From: a bacterium
GTDB lineage: Bacteria > Zixibacteria > MSB-5A5 > WJJR01
DNA: 64,000 nt
Assembly (NCBI GenBank): GCA_021813505.1
Contig: JAKAKI010000034.1
Location: 10,059 to 74,058, forward strand
Direction: 5' to 3'
Shown here: positions 35,522 through 47,282 of the stretch, piece by piece
Position numbering within the stretch: position 1 is the stretch's first letter
Layout: each line of letters opens with the position of its first letter
Position numbers and translations under genes: made by a program
The notes under the pieces: model-generated
Databases searched by the model: none
The model's input: the letters and a program-made list of their open reading frames with translations, nothing else
What the model was told of the DNA's origin: nothing

Positions 35522-36019
35522 TTAGGTTTGCCGGGCGCTTTCCTTGCGCCGGCGAACGAAGAAGTCCCTCATCAGCGCGGCTGCTTCCTCGGCAAGGACG
35601 CCGGCGACGACATCGATGCGATGGTTGAGGCGGGGGTCTGTCGCGATGTGGAAAAGTGACGAACATCCCCCGAACTTGGGATCGGGTGTCCCATACACGA
35701 TCCGGTCAAGCCGTGCCAGCACCGCTGCTCCGGAGCACATGACACATGGCTCGACAGTTGTATACAGTGTGCCGCCAATCAGACGCCACGACTCGAAGTG
35801 TTCGGCCGCAGCGCCGATCGCGAGAATCTCGGCGTGGGCGGTCGGATCCCCCAGACGCTCGGTCTGGTTGTGTCCGCGTCCAACCACAATACGGTCGTCT
35901 TTGACGATGACGGAGCCAATTGGCACTTCTCCCTCATCGAAGGCCACCGCGGCTTCGTTCAACGCCTGCCGCATGAAATACTCGGCGCGTTCAAAGTCCA
36001 AAGGCAGGATCGGTTCCAT
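35522..36019 (-). CDS. tadA: tRNA-specific adenosine deaminase TadA
   Basis: The CDA-fold zinc motifs HAEILAI and PCVMCSGA are present. The protein is 165 aa. Confidence 0.85.
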   Translation of the reverse strand: MEPILPLDFERAEYFMRQALNEAAVAFDEGEVPIGSVIVKDDRIVVGRGHNQTERLGDPTAHAEILAIGAAAEHFESWRLIGGTLYTTVEPCVMCSGAAVLARLDRIVYGTPDPKFGGCSSLFHIATDPRLNHRIDVVAGVLAEEAAALMRDFFVRRRKESARQT

Positions 36020-36094
36020 AAGAGTTGGGCGCCGGGCAGAACTGTCCGGCGCTATTCAAGCACCCTTCTGCTGCCGTATCTTGAAAGAACATTG

Positions 36095-37399
36095 TCAGGT
36101 CCGAAAGAGAACGGACTCACGTTCGAATATTCGTGTGGTCACAAAGAGCATGAACGCCGCGTACAGCGCCGTGGTGCCGAATACCGCAAAGAGCTGTGCC
36201 GGCTTGGCGATTCCCAGAAGAACCTCCTTAAGCGCCAAACAGAGATTGACGACAGGGACGAAAGTCAGCGCCCAATTCAGTTCGATACCGGGTACGAACG
36301 AAATCATGGCCGGCATGATGACCACCATCAAAAGCGGTGTCGCGTAGCTCTGCGCCTCCTTGTAGCTGCGGGCGGAGATCGACAGAACAACCAGAAGTGA
36401 AGCGAACAGGATCGCCATCGGAATCATCAAAAACAGGATCCATCCGAGCGTGGCGCCCGGCATCGAGAACGAGATGGCGCCGCCCTCTTCGGCCATCTGG
36501 GCCATGCCCCACTTCATACTGACCGTCATGGAGGTCATCGAGAGCAACATAGTGACGAATCCAGCGGTCAGCACGGTGAGGAATTTCCCCAATGCCAGAT
36601 GCCATCGCGCCACCGGCGCGGCCAGCAGGGTCTCCAGCGTGTTGCGTTCCTTTTCCCCGGCGGTAATGTCCATGGCCGGATACATCCCGCCGGTCATGGT
36701 GAGAATCATGAGCATGTACGGTAACATCATCGCCATGAACCGCCCCGCCTGCTTCGACTTGGGAGCGACGTCCTGTGAGGCCACCCAGAATGGCTGGAGT
36801 GTCCGGCGATTGGTTCCGAACGCGGCGAGGCGCCGCTCGATCAGCGAATCGTTGAGTGCCCGGCCCCATTCCCGGATGTGGTCTCCTGCGGCGTCGGATT
36901 TGATATCCGCGCCGTCGATGAAGACACCCAAGACGAGCGAGTCGTTACCCGTGCCGGAGGCGGGCACGTCCGGGGGCACCTCGACAACGGCTTGAATCCA
37001 TTTCTTGGAAATCGCTTTGTAGTAGATACGCGCTTTCTCTCCGTGCGGAATCCTGGTCGGATCACCGGCGAAGATCCTGTCAATCGTCTCGGAATTCAAA
37101 GTCGTGTCGATCCGCGCTTCCGCCAGAAGAAGCGTGTGGATCGAGTCTGCCGAAACGATGCGCACGCTTGTATCCGCCGCCAGCGAGGCCCGCATCGAGG
37201 GAGCCGCGCCGGCCGGAAGCAGCATGACCGGCTGGCGTTCCGCCCGCGTCTTCTCGATCTGGGAGGCAATCACCCGGCCAAGGCCCATGGTCAGCAATGG
37301 ATAGAAAAGCAGGGGGACGATCACCATCGAGATGATCGTGCGGCGGTCGCGCAGGATGTCTTTGATCTCTTTGAAGAAGACCGTCAGCGTGCCGTTCAT
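36095..37399 (-). CDS. ABC-2 family transporter permease (NatB-like)
   Basis: A 434-aa protein with an N-terminal TM helix, a large extracytoplasmic loop and C-terminal TM bundle. Its start overlaps the upstream ATPase gene by 4 bp. Confidence 0.7.
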   Translation of the reverse strand: MNGTLTVFFKEIKDILRDRRTIISMVIVPLLFYPLLTMGLGRVIASQIEKTRAERQPVMLLPAGAAPSMRASLAADTSVRIVSADSIHTLLLAEARIDTTLNSETIDRIFAGDPTRIPHGEKARIYYKAISKKWIQAVVEVPPDVPASGTGNDSLVLGVFIDGADIKSDAAGDHIREWGRALNDSLIERRLAAFGTNRRTLQPFWVASQDVAPKSKQAGRFMAMMLPYMLMILTMTGGMYPAMDITAGEKERNTLETLLAAPVARWHLALGKFLTVLTAGFVTMLLSMTSMTVSMKWGMAQMAEEGGAISFSMPGATLGWILFLMIPMAILFASLLVVLSISARSYKEAQSYATPLLMVVIMPAMISFVPGIELNWALTFVPVVNLCLALKEVLLGIAKPAQLFAVFGTTALYAAFMLFVTTRIFERESVLFRT

Positions 37400-38145
37400 T
37401 GCGCTGTCCCTCCGTTGCCCTCGATGGCCGCGACAAAGATGTCATCGAGATCGTCATGTCCATACTGCGTCCGGAAGTCCGCCAGCGTCCCCACGCGGCG
37501 AATCCGCCCGGCGTGCAGGATCGCGATCCGGTCGCACAACTTCGCGGCCTCGTGCATGATATGAGTGGAAAGCAGGACACACTTGCCTCGCGTGCGGGCC
37601 TCACGGATGAAGTCAACGATGGCCCGCGAAGTCACTACGTCGAGACCGATGGTCGGCTCATCCAGGATCAACAGCGGCGGATCGTGCACGAGTGTCCGGG
37701 CTATCGACGTTCGCTGCTTCTGGCCGCTGGACAGTTTGTCCACGCGGCTGTCGGCGAATTCCTTCATGCCCAGCCGCGCAATGAGATCGTCGGAGCGCCG
37801 GGCAATCGTGGCGTTGTCCAGTCCTGCTAGTTGACCGAAATAGGCCAGGATTTCGCGGGGTGTCAGCCGCAGATAGAGGCCGGTCGATCCCGTCAGGAAT
37901 CCGATCTTGGAACGAACTTTCTCCGGATGGACCTGGGCGTCGACGCCATCGATCAAGATGGACCCGCTGTCCGCACGGAGGATGGTGGCGAGCAACCGCA
38001 AGGTCGTCGTCTTGCCAGCCCCATTGAGCCCCAACAACCCGAAGATTTCCCCCTGCCTGCATTCCAGATCCACGCCGTCCACAGCGCGGATGGTACCGCG
38101 CTTCTTGTCGGTAAAATGCTTTGTCAGCTGTTTCGCTTGCAGCAT
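37396..38145 (-). CDS. ABC transporter ATP-binding protein (ABC-2/NatA-like)
   Basis: Walker A GLNGAGKTT, ABC signature LSSGQKQR, Walker B LLILDEPT. Confidence 0.85.
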   Translation of the reverse strand: MLQAKQLTKHFTDKKRGTIRAVDGVDLECRQGEIFGLLGLNGAGKTTTLRLLATILRADSGSILIDGVDAQVHPEKVRSKIGFLTGSTGLYLRLTPREILAYFGQLAGLDNATIARRSDDLIARLGMKEFADSRVDKLSSGQKQRTSIARTLVHDPPLLILDEPTIGLDVVTSRAIVDFIREARTRGKCVLLSTHIMHEAAKLCDRIAILHAGRIRRVGTLADFRTQYGHDDLDDIFVAAIEGNGGTAQ

Positions 38146-38176
38146 GCAATGTACTCCGGGCTAGCGGGGGGCACGG

Positions 38177-39559
38177 TTATTTGTTGCGGTCGAACGTCCC
38201 CTGGTTCACCTGGGCTTCCCATTTGGGATCGCGGCGTTCACCGCGAGCCGTCGAATGAACCATATTGTATTCGCCGTAACCACTCTCGTCGATGAATAGG
38301 AAATAGACCTGGCCTTGGCCGGTCAAATTGTCGTAGAACCACATTTCCGCCGGCGAGCCTTCCGGAGTGAAGGGGTACCGCTCAATTGTGTTCGGCGGGC
38401 CATACACGATGTAAACCCGCCCCATGTCGGTGCGCCAGCCATCGGTGCGATTCTGGTAACCGATCGAGAATCGTTCGTTGGCGTAGTTCATCCGGCGCAT
38501 GTGCTCGTCTTTGAATTCGTTCTCCGTCGTCCCGGTGCTCGGATCACGATCCTTCCAGAATTGCACCCAGAATGCCTTCTTCCCGGTATTGTTGAGGCGC
38601 TCGAACGTCTGCGATTGTTCGGGCGTGATAATATAGGCAAAAATATCACGCATGCGCTGGACATCGGAAGCGCTCAGCGAATCACCCATGCTCTGGGCGA
38701 CCACCTGGAATCTCTTTTTCGCGCGCGCTGTCTGGCCCGTCGCCGGATCGGTCACATCGATGCGCAGACAGTACAGGCCAGCCGGCAATTCCCGGACGTC
38801 GATGCCAGAGGCCAGCACGGCGCTGGTCCCCGCCTTGGTCAGCTTCTGCACTTTCACAACTTTCCCGGCCACGCTGTCCGGGGGCGCCACACTCACGGCG
38901 ATGTCGTACGAGTTGTCGCGGGACGGATCGAACGCCAGATTATAGACCTCGGTGTAGAAGAACAGGCGCGGGCGGTCCGCTCCCAGCACCCCACGGCAGT
39001 CAGGATAAACCTTGTACCGGTTCTTCACCAGCACGTCCCCGAGGGTGGCACCCGTGTCGGGCGGCTGCGATATGATGTCATACCCGAATTCGACATCGGA
39101 CATGTGCAATGCCGGCCGCGAGAAATCGGGGATGGCCAGCGGCAACAGCGCTTCTGAGGCCGCCTTGCTAACCATATCAGTAACCACCAGCCGGGCATTG
39201 TACGAACCGGGCGGCAGAATGAGTGCCCGCGCGAAGAAGACGATAAAGTTCGAATCTGTCAGCGCTGACGAATCGGAGGCAATCGACCGAAAGGCGCCAC
39301 CGACCGAATCCACCGGCGCGCCCGATGTATCACTCACGTGAACCCAGGCGTGGACTTCCGCCTGGTAGAGGCTGTCGAATGGATGGAATCTGAAATCGAC
39401 GCGCTTCAGCTCGAGGTAGAATTCCACATAGCTCTCGCGGGCATTGACCGCCTTGCGGTAAGCCGCATAGTCGGCACGGAAGCGCAACGGTCCGGTTCCC
39501 TCCACGGCTTGTGTGCCGGGCGCTCCCAAAAGCAGCGCCATGACCGAAAGCAGAAGCAT
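38177..39559 (-). CDS. GWxTD-domain secreted protein, paralog 1
   Basis: The C-terminal ...GYQNRTDGWRTDMGRVYIVYGPPNTIERY... matches the GWxTD domain signature. The signal peptide MLLLSVMALLLGAPGTQA follows the internal start. The track ORF starts 27 codons upstream. Confidence 0.6.
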   Translation of the reverse strand: MLLLSVMALLLGAPGTQAVEGTGPLRFRADYAAYRKAVNARESYVEFYLELKRVDFRFHPFDSLYQAEVHAWVHVSDTSGAPVDSVGGAFRSIASDSSALTDSNFIVFFARALILPPGSYNARLVVTDMVSKAASEALLPLAIPDFSRPALHMSDVEFGYDIISQPPDTGATLGDVLVKNRYKVYPDCRGVLGADRPRLFFYTEVYNLAFDPSRDNSYDIAVSVAPPDSVAGKVVKVQKLTKAGTSAVLASGIDVRELPAGLYCLRIDVTDPATGQTARAKKRFQVVAQSMGDSLSASDVQRMRDIFAYIITPEQSQTFERLNNTGKKAFWVQFWKDRDPSTGTTENEFKDEHMRRMNYANERFSIGYQNRTDGWRTDMGRVYIVYGPPNTIERYPFTPEGSPAEMWFYDNLTGQGQVYFLFIDESGYGEYNMVHSTARGERRDPKWEAQVNQGTFDRNK

Positions 39560-39649
39560 GCGCGCCACCGGGGCCGGGCACCACTTGGCGCGCCGGCCAC
39601 GGACGCCAATCACGTGCCTGATACACTCGTAAGTTCGCACGGAATCCTC

Positions 39650-40975
39650 TCAGCGAATGATGCCATCGTACGGATACTGCAAATCGTACTCGCCATTCCC
39701 CTTGGTATCGATAAACGTAAACTGGCGGCGCTGGGCGTAATAATGCCAAATTTCGTACGGTTTACTGTCCAGTTCGAATGGGTAACGCTCCACGTCGTCG
39801 GGCTCGCCATAACGGATATAAACGGTCCCAAAGTCGGTGCGCCAGCCCGGCTGAAATGGATTCGTGAATTGCTGGTTGGCGAAGCGCACGCGCCGGTAGT
39901 ACTCCTCTTTCCATTCATTCGCATCGGATCCAGGGCTCGGATCCTTGGAACGCCAGAATCGGTCGAACGCCGCCTCGCGATCCGGGGCCGCGACCTTGCG
40001 GAGGGAATCCAGCTCCTGGCGCGACGCGATGTGGACCAGCATGTCCACGACGTCCTTCCAATTGTTGGCCACCATGGAGGCCAGTGACCAATCGATGAGA
40101 ATGCCGCAGGAGAACGGGGCACCGGCTTTGCGTCCGGCATGATCCAACGCCACCAGCTCCATGCGGGCGTCACCGGTTTCGAATCCCGGAATCGGTTTCT
40201 GATAGAATACCGGAATGATCTTAAGTGCGGTGTCGACTCGGATTGTATCGGTGAAGTAGTGGTGCCCGGCCTGCTGTATCAGCGTGATCACGACCGATGA
40301 CGCGGGGTGGTGCGCCGGCTGGTAGATTTCAAAATACAGCGACAACGGCTGATCGTTGCCGCCCAGGGATCTGGTGACATTGGGTACGAAGGCAGAAGTG
40401 TCCTTCTGGAAACGCGGGTCAGCAGGGGGGGCAACCCCGGGAATGACAAACTCCGGCCCGCCAATCACCCAGTCGGGGCCGGTTTGATCGTGAATATCCA
40501 CGGCCCGGTGGACGGTATGTGTGCCACCCGAGATGCGATCGTTGACCGTAACCACCAACTCGTACTGTCCCGGAACAACCCTGACAGCCAGGATATTGAT
40601 CAAGAACCCCGAGGTACGCCGGGTTTCATCGAACGTTTCGAGAACGTAGTTCTCGCGGTTGCTGGCCGTGGCCGCCTGTTCGTCCCCACGCCCCTTGAGA
40701 ATCGCCGAGATTTCGTACGACGCGGCGTACTGGTTCCCCTTTTTGACATAGGAGAGATGCGGATTGGTGATCCGGTAGTAGATTTCCAGACGCACGCTGT
40801 CGCCCGGAATCCGGAACGCGGCCCAGTCCAGGTCGAACACCGGTTCGCCCGGCTCAGGGAGTCCGGAAAATTCAGTTTGAGCCAAGAGATTGCCAGTCGG
40901 GAAAAACAGGATGGCCCAACAGATTACGCCCCCGAGCACTGGCACCACGCGTCGCAAATTAACCAGGCAGCGCAC
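39650..40975 (-). CDS. GWxTD-domain secreted protein, paralog 2
   Basis: C-terminal ...NPFQPGWRTDFGTVYIRYGEPDDVERYPFE.... N-terminal signal peptide. The protein is collinear with paralog 1. Confidence 0.6.
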   Translation of the reverse strand: MRCLVNLRRVVPVLGGVICWAILFFPTGNLLAQTEFSGLPEPGEPVFDLDWAAFRIPGDSVRLEIYYRITNPHLSYVKKGNQYAASYEISAILKGRGDEQAATASNRENYVLETFDETRRTSGFLINILAVRVVPGQYELVVTVNDRISGGTHTVHRAVDIHDQTGPDWVIGGPEFVIPGVAPPADPRFQKDTSAFVPNVTRSLGGNDQPLSLYFEIYQPAHHPASSVVITLIQQAGHHYFTDTIRVDTALKIIPVFYQKPIPGFETGDARMELVALDHAGRKAGAPFSCGILIDWSLASMVANNWKDVVDMLVHIASRQELDSLRKVAAPDREAAFDRFWRSKDPSPGSDANEWKEEYYRRVRFANQQFTNPFQPGWRTDFGTVYIRYGEPDDVERYPFELDSKPYEIWHYYAQRRQFTFIDTKGNGEYDLQYPYDGIIR

Positions 40976-41129
40976 AATACACCCCCGCGGTTGAGTTCAG
41001 CCGCACTGGGAATATATACACCCTGGCGGTGTGAACCAGCGGAATTCGACGGCCAGAGCCAAAGTGCCTCCCGCGAATTCCATTGGGAACGAAATCGGGC
41101 GAGGCGATCTGCCACCGGTTTAGGCGGAC

Positions 41130-42380
<1,251 letters not shown>

Positions 42381-42416
42381 GAGTCTTCCTGATGATCTCG
42401 GTCCGCCTCGACAGCG

Positions 42417-43637
42417 CTATTCGTAGCGTAGCGCCTCGATCGGATCGAGCCGGGCCGCCTTCATGGCCGGATAAACGCCAAAGACCGTTCCGATGCCGCC
42501 GGAGACCAGAATCCCGGCCACAATCGACCAGATCTCTATCCCCATGGGAATCCCCGACAAGGCCGACAATCCCTGGCCCACGGCGATTCCTCCCAGAATT
42601 CCCACTGCGCCGCCCAGCACCGACAGGGTCAGCGCTTCGGACAAAAACTGCCACATGACGCTGGCTTTGCGCGCGCCGATGGCCTTGCGGATTCCGATTT
42701 CGCGGGTGCGCTCGGTCACCGAGACAAGCATGATATTCATGATCACAATCCCGCCCACAACCAGTGAGATCGAGGAAATGCCGATCATGACGATGAAGGC
42801 GCCGCGCGAGAAATTCTCCCACATGCTCATGATGTCGCCGGCAGTGAAGATTTCGAAGTCGTCCGCATCAGCATATTTCAACTTGTGCCGGGCCCGCATG
42901 GTCATGCGCACCTCATCCTGTGCCGAGGCGATTCCCTCGAATGTCCGCGCCTTGACGAAGATATCGAGCGACCGGCGCTGCCCGAACTGCTTCTCGAACG
43001 TAGACAGCGGGATGATCACATAATTGTCGTGGCTGTTCCCCAGAGTGGAACCGCGCCGCTTGCCGTTGCCGATGACGGTGTATTCCTGGCCGGAGATCGT
43101 GATCACCTTCCCGATGTGCGACATTCCGGGGAACAATTCATCCATGATGTCATAGCCAATGAACGCCACCGGACGCCGGTGTTCGTTGTCCGCTTCCGTG
43201 GGGTAGTGCCCTTGTTCGATTTCGAAGTTGACGATTTGGGGGAAGTTCGCGGTTGAGCCCATGATGAAAACGTCGTTCACGTACCGATTGCCGGATTTGA
43301 CCTTGCGCATGGTCATTTCACGGCCACCGACGTACTCGCATCCCTGACACGCCGCGGCCACCTCGTTCATGTCCTCGACTGTCAGTTTCTTGCGCTTCAT
43401 CCGTTCCCACCAGGTTTCCTCGCTGGTGATGATCCCTTCCTTATCCACGATGAAGGTGGTGGCGCCGAGCTGGTCGATTTCCGCGGCGACATACTGGTTC
43501 ATGCCGGTGATCAAGGAGACGATGGCAATGATCGTGGCGACGCCGATGATCATTCCAATCAAAGTCAGCGTGGTGCGCAGCTTGTTGGCCCACAGCGCGG
43601 CCAGGGCGATCTTCACGCTTTCGATGAACTGGCGCAT
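42417..43637 (-). CDS. ABC transporter permease, FtsX/MacB-periplasmic-domain family (second paralog)
   Basis: Same architecture as the adjacent permease (...IVIMNIMLVSVTERTREIGIRKAIGA...). Confidence 0.8.
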   Translation of the reverse strand: MRQFIESVKIALAALWANKLRTTLTLIGMIIGVATIIAIVSLITGMNQYVAAEIDQLGATTFIVDKEGIITSEETWWERMKRKKLTVEDMNEVAAACQGCEYVGGREMTMRKVKSGNRYVNDVFIMGSTANFPQIVNFEIEQGHYPTEADNEHRRPVAFIGYDIMDELFPGMSHIGKVITISGQEYTVIGNGKRRGSTLGNSHDNYVIIPLSTFEKQFGQRRSLDIFVKARTFEGIASAQDEVRMTMRARHKLKYADADDFEIFTAGDIMSMWENFSRGAFIVMIGISSISLVVGGIVIMNIMLVSVTERTREIGIRKAIGARKASVMWQFLSEALTLSVLGGAVGILGGIAVGQGLSALSGIPMGIEIWSIVAGILVSGGIGTVFGVYPAMKAARLDPIEALRYE

Positions 43638-43640
43638 CAG

Positions 43641-44339
43641 TTACGCCGCCCTCTTGCGGCCGGATTCTTCCCGCTCGATCTGGCCATCGCGGATGTGGAC
43701 GATCCGATTCGCGTACTGGGCCACGTCATGCTCGTGGGTCACAATGATGATCGTGTTGCCGGCCTCGTGCAGGCGGTCGAACACGCCCATGATTTCGACG
43801 CCGGTTTTGGTGTCGAGATTGCCGGTCGGCTCGTCGGCCAGAATCAGCGAGGGGTTGTTGACCAGGGCGCGGGCAATGGCGACACGCTGGCGCTGCCCGC
43901 CGGAGAGCTGGTTGGGGCGATGCATCATGCGGTCGGAGAGATCAACCATTTCCAGCGCCCGCTTGGCCAGGTCGATTCGTGTTTCGGCCGTAGTGCCATT
44001 ATAGATCAGCGGGAGCTCAACATTGTGCAAGGCGGTCGCGCGCGGCAGCAGGTTGAAAGTCTGAAAGACGAACCCGATCTCCTTGTTGCGAATGAAGGCG
44101 AGTTCATCGTCGTTCATCGATGCCACCTGGCGGCCATTCAACTGATACGTGCCCTTCGACGGAGTGTCGAGGCAGCCGATCAGGTTCATCAGCGTGGACT
44201 TGCCGGAGCCCGATGGGCCCATGATGGCCACGTATTCGCCCTTGTCGATGCAAAAGGTGACGCCCCGCAACGCGTGCAGCTCCTCGCCGCCCATGTTGTA
44301 TGTCTTCCACAGATTTTCTGTTTTGATCAGCATGTGCAA
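43641..44339 (-). CDS. ABC transporter ATP-binding protein (MacB/LolD-type)
   Basis: Walker [10 protein letters not shown], signature LSGGQRQR, Walker [12 protein letters not shown]. The [10 protein letters not shown] motif is typical of the LolD/MacB family. Confidence 0.88.
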   Translation of the reverse strand: MHMLIKTENLWKTYNMGGEELHALRGVTFCIDKGEYVAIMGPSGSGKSTLMNLIGCLDTPSKGTYQLNGRQVASMNDDELAFIRNKEIGFVFQTFNLLPRATALHNVELPLIYNGTTAETRIDLAKRALEMVDLSDRMMHRPNQLSGGQRQRVAIARALVNNPSLILADEPTGNLDTKTGVEIMGVFDRLHEAGNTIIIVTHEHDVAQYANRIVHIRDGQIEREESGRKRAA

Positions 44340-44378
44340 CCCACCTCGCCTGAGACGAGCGTTGAACGACCGAACGAA

Positions 44379-45731
44379 CTAGGCACCGTCACCGGAACCC
44401 TCTTTGGCGCCCTCTTTCCCCTTCATCCCCATCTTCTCTTCTTTGGCCTCGACGCGTTCGCCATCTTCGAGTGACCGGAGTGTACGGAACGGCCCAACGA
44501 TGATCTCGTCGCCCTTCTGCAGACCCGATTTGACTTCAATGTTTTGCTGGTCAGCGATACCCGTAGACACGCTGACGAAGGTGGCCTTTCCGCCGCGAAC
44601 CACAAAAACGCCCTCGATGGGTTTCTTCTTGACGATCTCGTCTTCATTCTCGCGGGCTTGGGCCGAATCGCCATCGCCGGCGGCCACCGCTTCGCTGACG
44701 CCAACCGCGGCCGACGATTCCGGCGTCGTACCTTTCTTCTTCAGGATGCTCTCGTCGCGCAGCACGACCGCGCCGATCGGGATCTTGACCGCGTTCTCGC
44801 GTTCATTGGTGGTAATGTCACACGTTGCCGTCATGCCGGGCTTGATATTGGGAACGCTGTCCGTCAGAAGGATGGTGACGAGGAAGTTCGTGACCTGATC
44901 CTGGGTTCCCAGAGCAGAGACCTTTGCCGTGTTGCCGATTTCCGTAACGCGGCCCGCGTACGAGGTATCCGGCATGGCATCGAGCTTGATCTTGCTCGTC
45001 TGCCCGAGGGCCACCTGATCGACGTCGGTTTCATCGACTTCGACTTCAACCTCAATCGCAGACAGGTCGCTGACCACCATGATCACCGACGCCTGATAGT
45101 TTAGGGAGCCCATTACGATTTCGCCGAGTTCGGAACGAAGATCGGTGATGTAACCGTCAATGGGAGAGCGAATGGTCGTGTAGCTCAGCCCCTCGGTCGC
45201 ACGATCCGCTTCCGCTTTGGCCTGCTGGACACGCGAACTCGCGGCTTCGAGCGAAGCCTGGGTCGACTCGTATCGCGTGCGGGCGGCGTCGTACGCTTCC
45301 TGCGAGGTCAGCTTCTTCTCGAAGAGTGTCTTCTGGCGCTCATAGACAAGCTTGGATTCGTTGGCAGATGCGGCGTCAAGCTTCTGGCTGGCGAGCGCCG
45401 CGTCGTACCCTGCCTTCGATTGGCGCAATTGCGCTTCATACTGTTTGGGTTCAAGCTGAACGAGGAGATCGCCCTTGCTGACGCGCTGGCCTTCGACGAC
45501 AGGCAGTGCCACTATCTCACCGGACACGTTGGCCGAGATCTTCACTTCGGTCTTGGGTTTGACCTTGCCGGAGGCAGTGACCAGGGAGACGAGTTTGCCC
45601 TGCTTGACTTTCGCGGTGGTGACCTTGGTCGTCTTGCCGGAGGAACGCGTGAAGTTGACGATCACCAGCACAGCGATGACCAGCACAGCGCCACCGATAA
45701 TGAACAGTTTCTTCTTTCCCTTTTTCGTCAT
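44379..45731 (-). CDS. HlyD-family periplasmic adaptor (membrane fusion) protein
   Basis: The start MTKKGKKKLFIIGGAVLVIAVLVIV is an N-terminal anchor. It is followed by coiled-coil, lipoyl and beta-barrel regions. The track ORF extends 28 codons upstream. Confidence 0.78.
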   Translation of the reverse strand: MTKKGKKKLFIIGGAVLVIAVLVIVNFTRSSGKTTKVTTAKVKQGKLVSLVTASGKVKPKTEVKISANVSGEIVALPVVEGQRVSKGDLLVQLEPKQYEAQLRQSKAGYDAALASQKLDAASANESKLVYERQKTLFEKKLTSQEAYDAARTRYESTQASLEAASSRVQQAKAEADRATEGLSYTTIRSPIDGYITDLRSELGEIVMGSLNYQASVIMVVSDLSAIEVEVEVDETDVDQVALGQTSKIKLDAMPDTSYAGRVTEIGNTAKVSALGTQDQVTNFLVTILLTDSVPNIKPGMTATCDITTNERENAVKIPIGAVVLRDESILKKKGTTPESSAAVGVSEAVAAGDGDSAQARENEDEIVKKKPIEGVFVVRGGKATFVSVSTGIADQQNIEVKSGLQKGDEIIVGPFRTLRSLEDGERVEAKEEKMGMKGKEGAKEGSGDGA

Positions 45732-45908
45732 ACCCACTCCGATTTTGGTCTGCGCAAGTTCGAGACTATGGGCCGTTCGAGATCGTGCACTTCGAACGGC
45801 CGATCCACCTTCCACTTATCCGTATACGGCAGTACGGTGCTGGAGATTCAGAAAAGACGCCGTGAATTGACAGGTCATGAGCGGCATTTCCCGCCCCGAC
45901 AGAACAGG

Positions 45909-47258
45909 TTAGCGGCCACGCCCCATCGAGTTTTCGAGGGCGGCAACCGCCAGATGGTAGTCGTAAAGCGCGTTGACCTTGTCGGTCTGCGCCTGCGTTA
46001 GAGACACTTGGGCATCCAGCAGTTCGAGGATTGTGCCGGCGCCCAGATTGTACTTCTCCTGGGCCAGATTGAAGTCCTCCTGGGCCGATTTTTCGGTCTC
46101 GTCCGCCAGCGCCATCTTGTCGTGAGCCAACTGCCAGCTTAGGAACGCCTGCCGAACCGCCAAGGCGACGTTGTTTTCCTCTTGCGTCAATCCCTCGCGG
46201 GTGGTCTTGAGGGATACGCTGGCACGCGAATAGTTGCTCTTCTTGACGAATCCATCGAAGATCGTGTAACTGAGGCTCAACCCAATGCCCCAGCGGCCAT
46301 TGTCGCCTTTGAAGAGGTCTTTGCGCTCCGCAGCGTAGTAGTTGCGGCCTGCGTTCCAGGAGAGGTCCGGGAAGTAGGCGGCGCGGGCGATACCCAGAGA
46401 ACTCCGCTTCGCTTCCACGTCGGCACGGGCCGCCAGAAGCAGCGGGGAATTGTCCTTGGCTTCCTTCAACGCCTGGTCATAGCTGAGGCCCAAGTCGGGA
46501 GCCGTACCAACGTCGGCCAGATCAAACGGCGTGGACACGTCGCGGTTGAGAATGTTGTTGAGTGCGGCGATCGCCACCCCATAGGCATTTTGGCGAGAGA
46601 TCAGAGACACTTGTGCGGTTCCCAGCCGAACCTTCGCCTTAAGAAGATCCGAGCGGGACTTGGATCCCAGATCGAACATCGATTGAATTGTCTCCAGGTC
46701 TTTCTTCGAGCGTTCGACGGCGCCGGAGTCAACGATCAGGAGTCCTTTGGCGCGCAGGACATCGTAATAGCTCTGCTTGACCTGGAGAATCAACGACAAC
46801 TCGGCGGACCGGTATTGCTGCCGGTAACCGGTGAGTGACTGCTGCGCTTCGCGAATCGTATAGTAATTGGCCAAGCCGTCGAAAAGACGCTGGTTGATGC
46901 CAAGGCTTGCGCTCCAGCTGTTGGTCGTGCCGCCTCCGAGCGCGGTGTCGGTCGTCCCTGTATAGGGATTGGCGAATATCTTCACGCTTTGCGGCGATTT
47001 CGACCAATTGTAGTCCACGCCACCGGACAGCGACGGAAGAATACCGCCCCAAGCAGTCCAGACACCCTCGCGCGCGGAGGTCATGCCCGTCTTGAGTCCG
47101 GGCGTGAGAATCGTTGCATTCTGGCGCAGAGCCAGGTCGATACATTGATCCAAAGTCAGCGTCTCGGCCGCGGCAGGCCGCGCCGGCACGGCTAGCAGTG
47201 ACAATGCAATCACGAGAACTACACTCAGTTGCCTTCTGGTCATGTCTTGCTCCTTCAC
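45909..47258 (-). CDS. TolC-family outer-membrane efflux protein
   Basis: Signal peptide ...LLAVPARPAAAE, then two repeated halves with TolC-like ...LTLDQCIDLALRQN... and ...AQEDFNLAQEKYNLGAGTILELLDAQ... motifs. Confidence 0.8.
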   Translation of the reverse strand: MKEQDMTRRQLSVVLVIALSLLAVPARPAAAETLTLDQCIDLALRQNATILTPGLKTGMTSAREGVWTAWGGILPSLSGGVDYNWSKSPQSVKIFANPYTGTTDTALGGGTTNSWSASLGINQRLFDGLANYYTIREAQQSLTGYRQQYRSAELSLILQVKQSYYDVLRAKGLLIVDSGAVERSKKDLETIQSMFDLGSKSRSDLLKAKVRLGTAQVSLISRQNAYGVAIAALNNILNRDVSTPFDLADVGTAPDLGLSYDQALKEAKDNSPLLLAARADVEAKRSSLGIARAAYFPDLSWNAGRNYYAAERKDLFKGDNGRWGIGLSLSYTIFDGFVKKSNYSRASVSLKTTREGLTQEENNVALAVRQAFLSWQLAHDKMALADETEKSAQEDFNLAQEKYNLGAGTILELLDAQVSLTQAQTDKVNALYDYHLAVAALENSMGRGR

Positions 47259-47282
47259 GTCCCGATCTATTCAGGCCCCACG

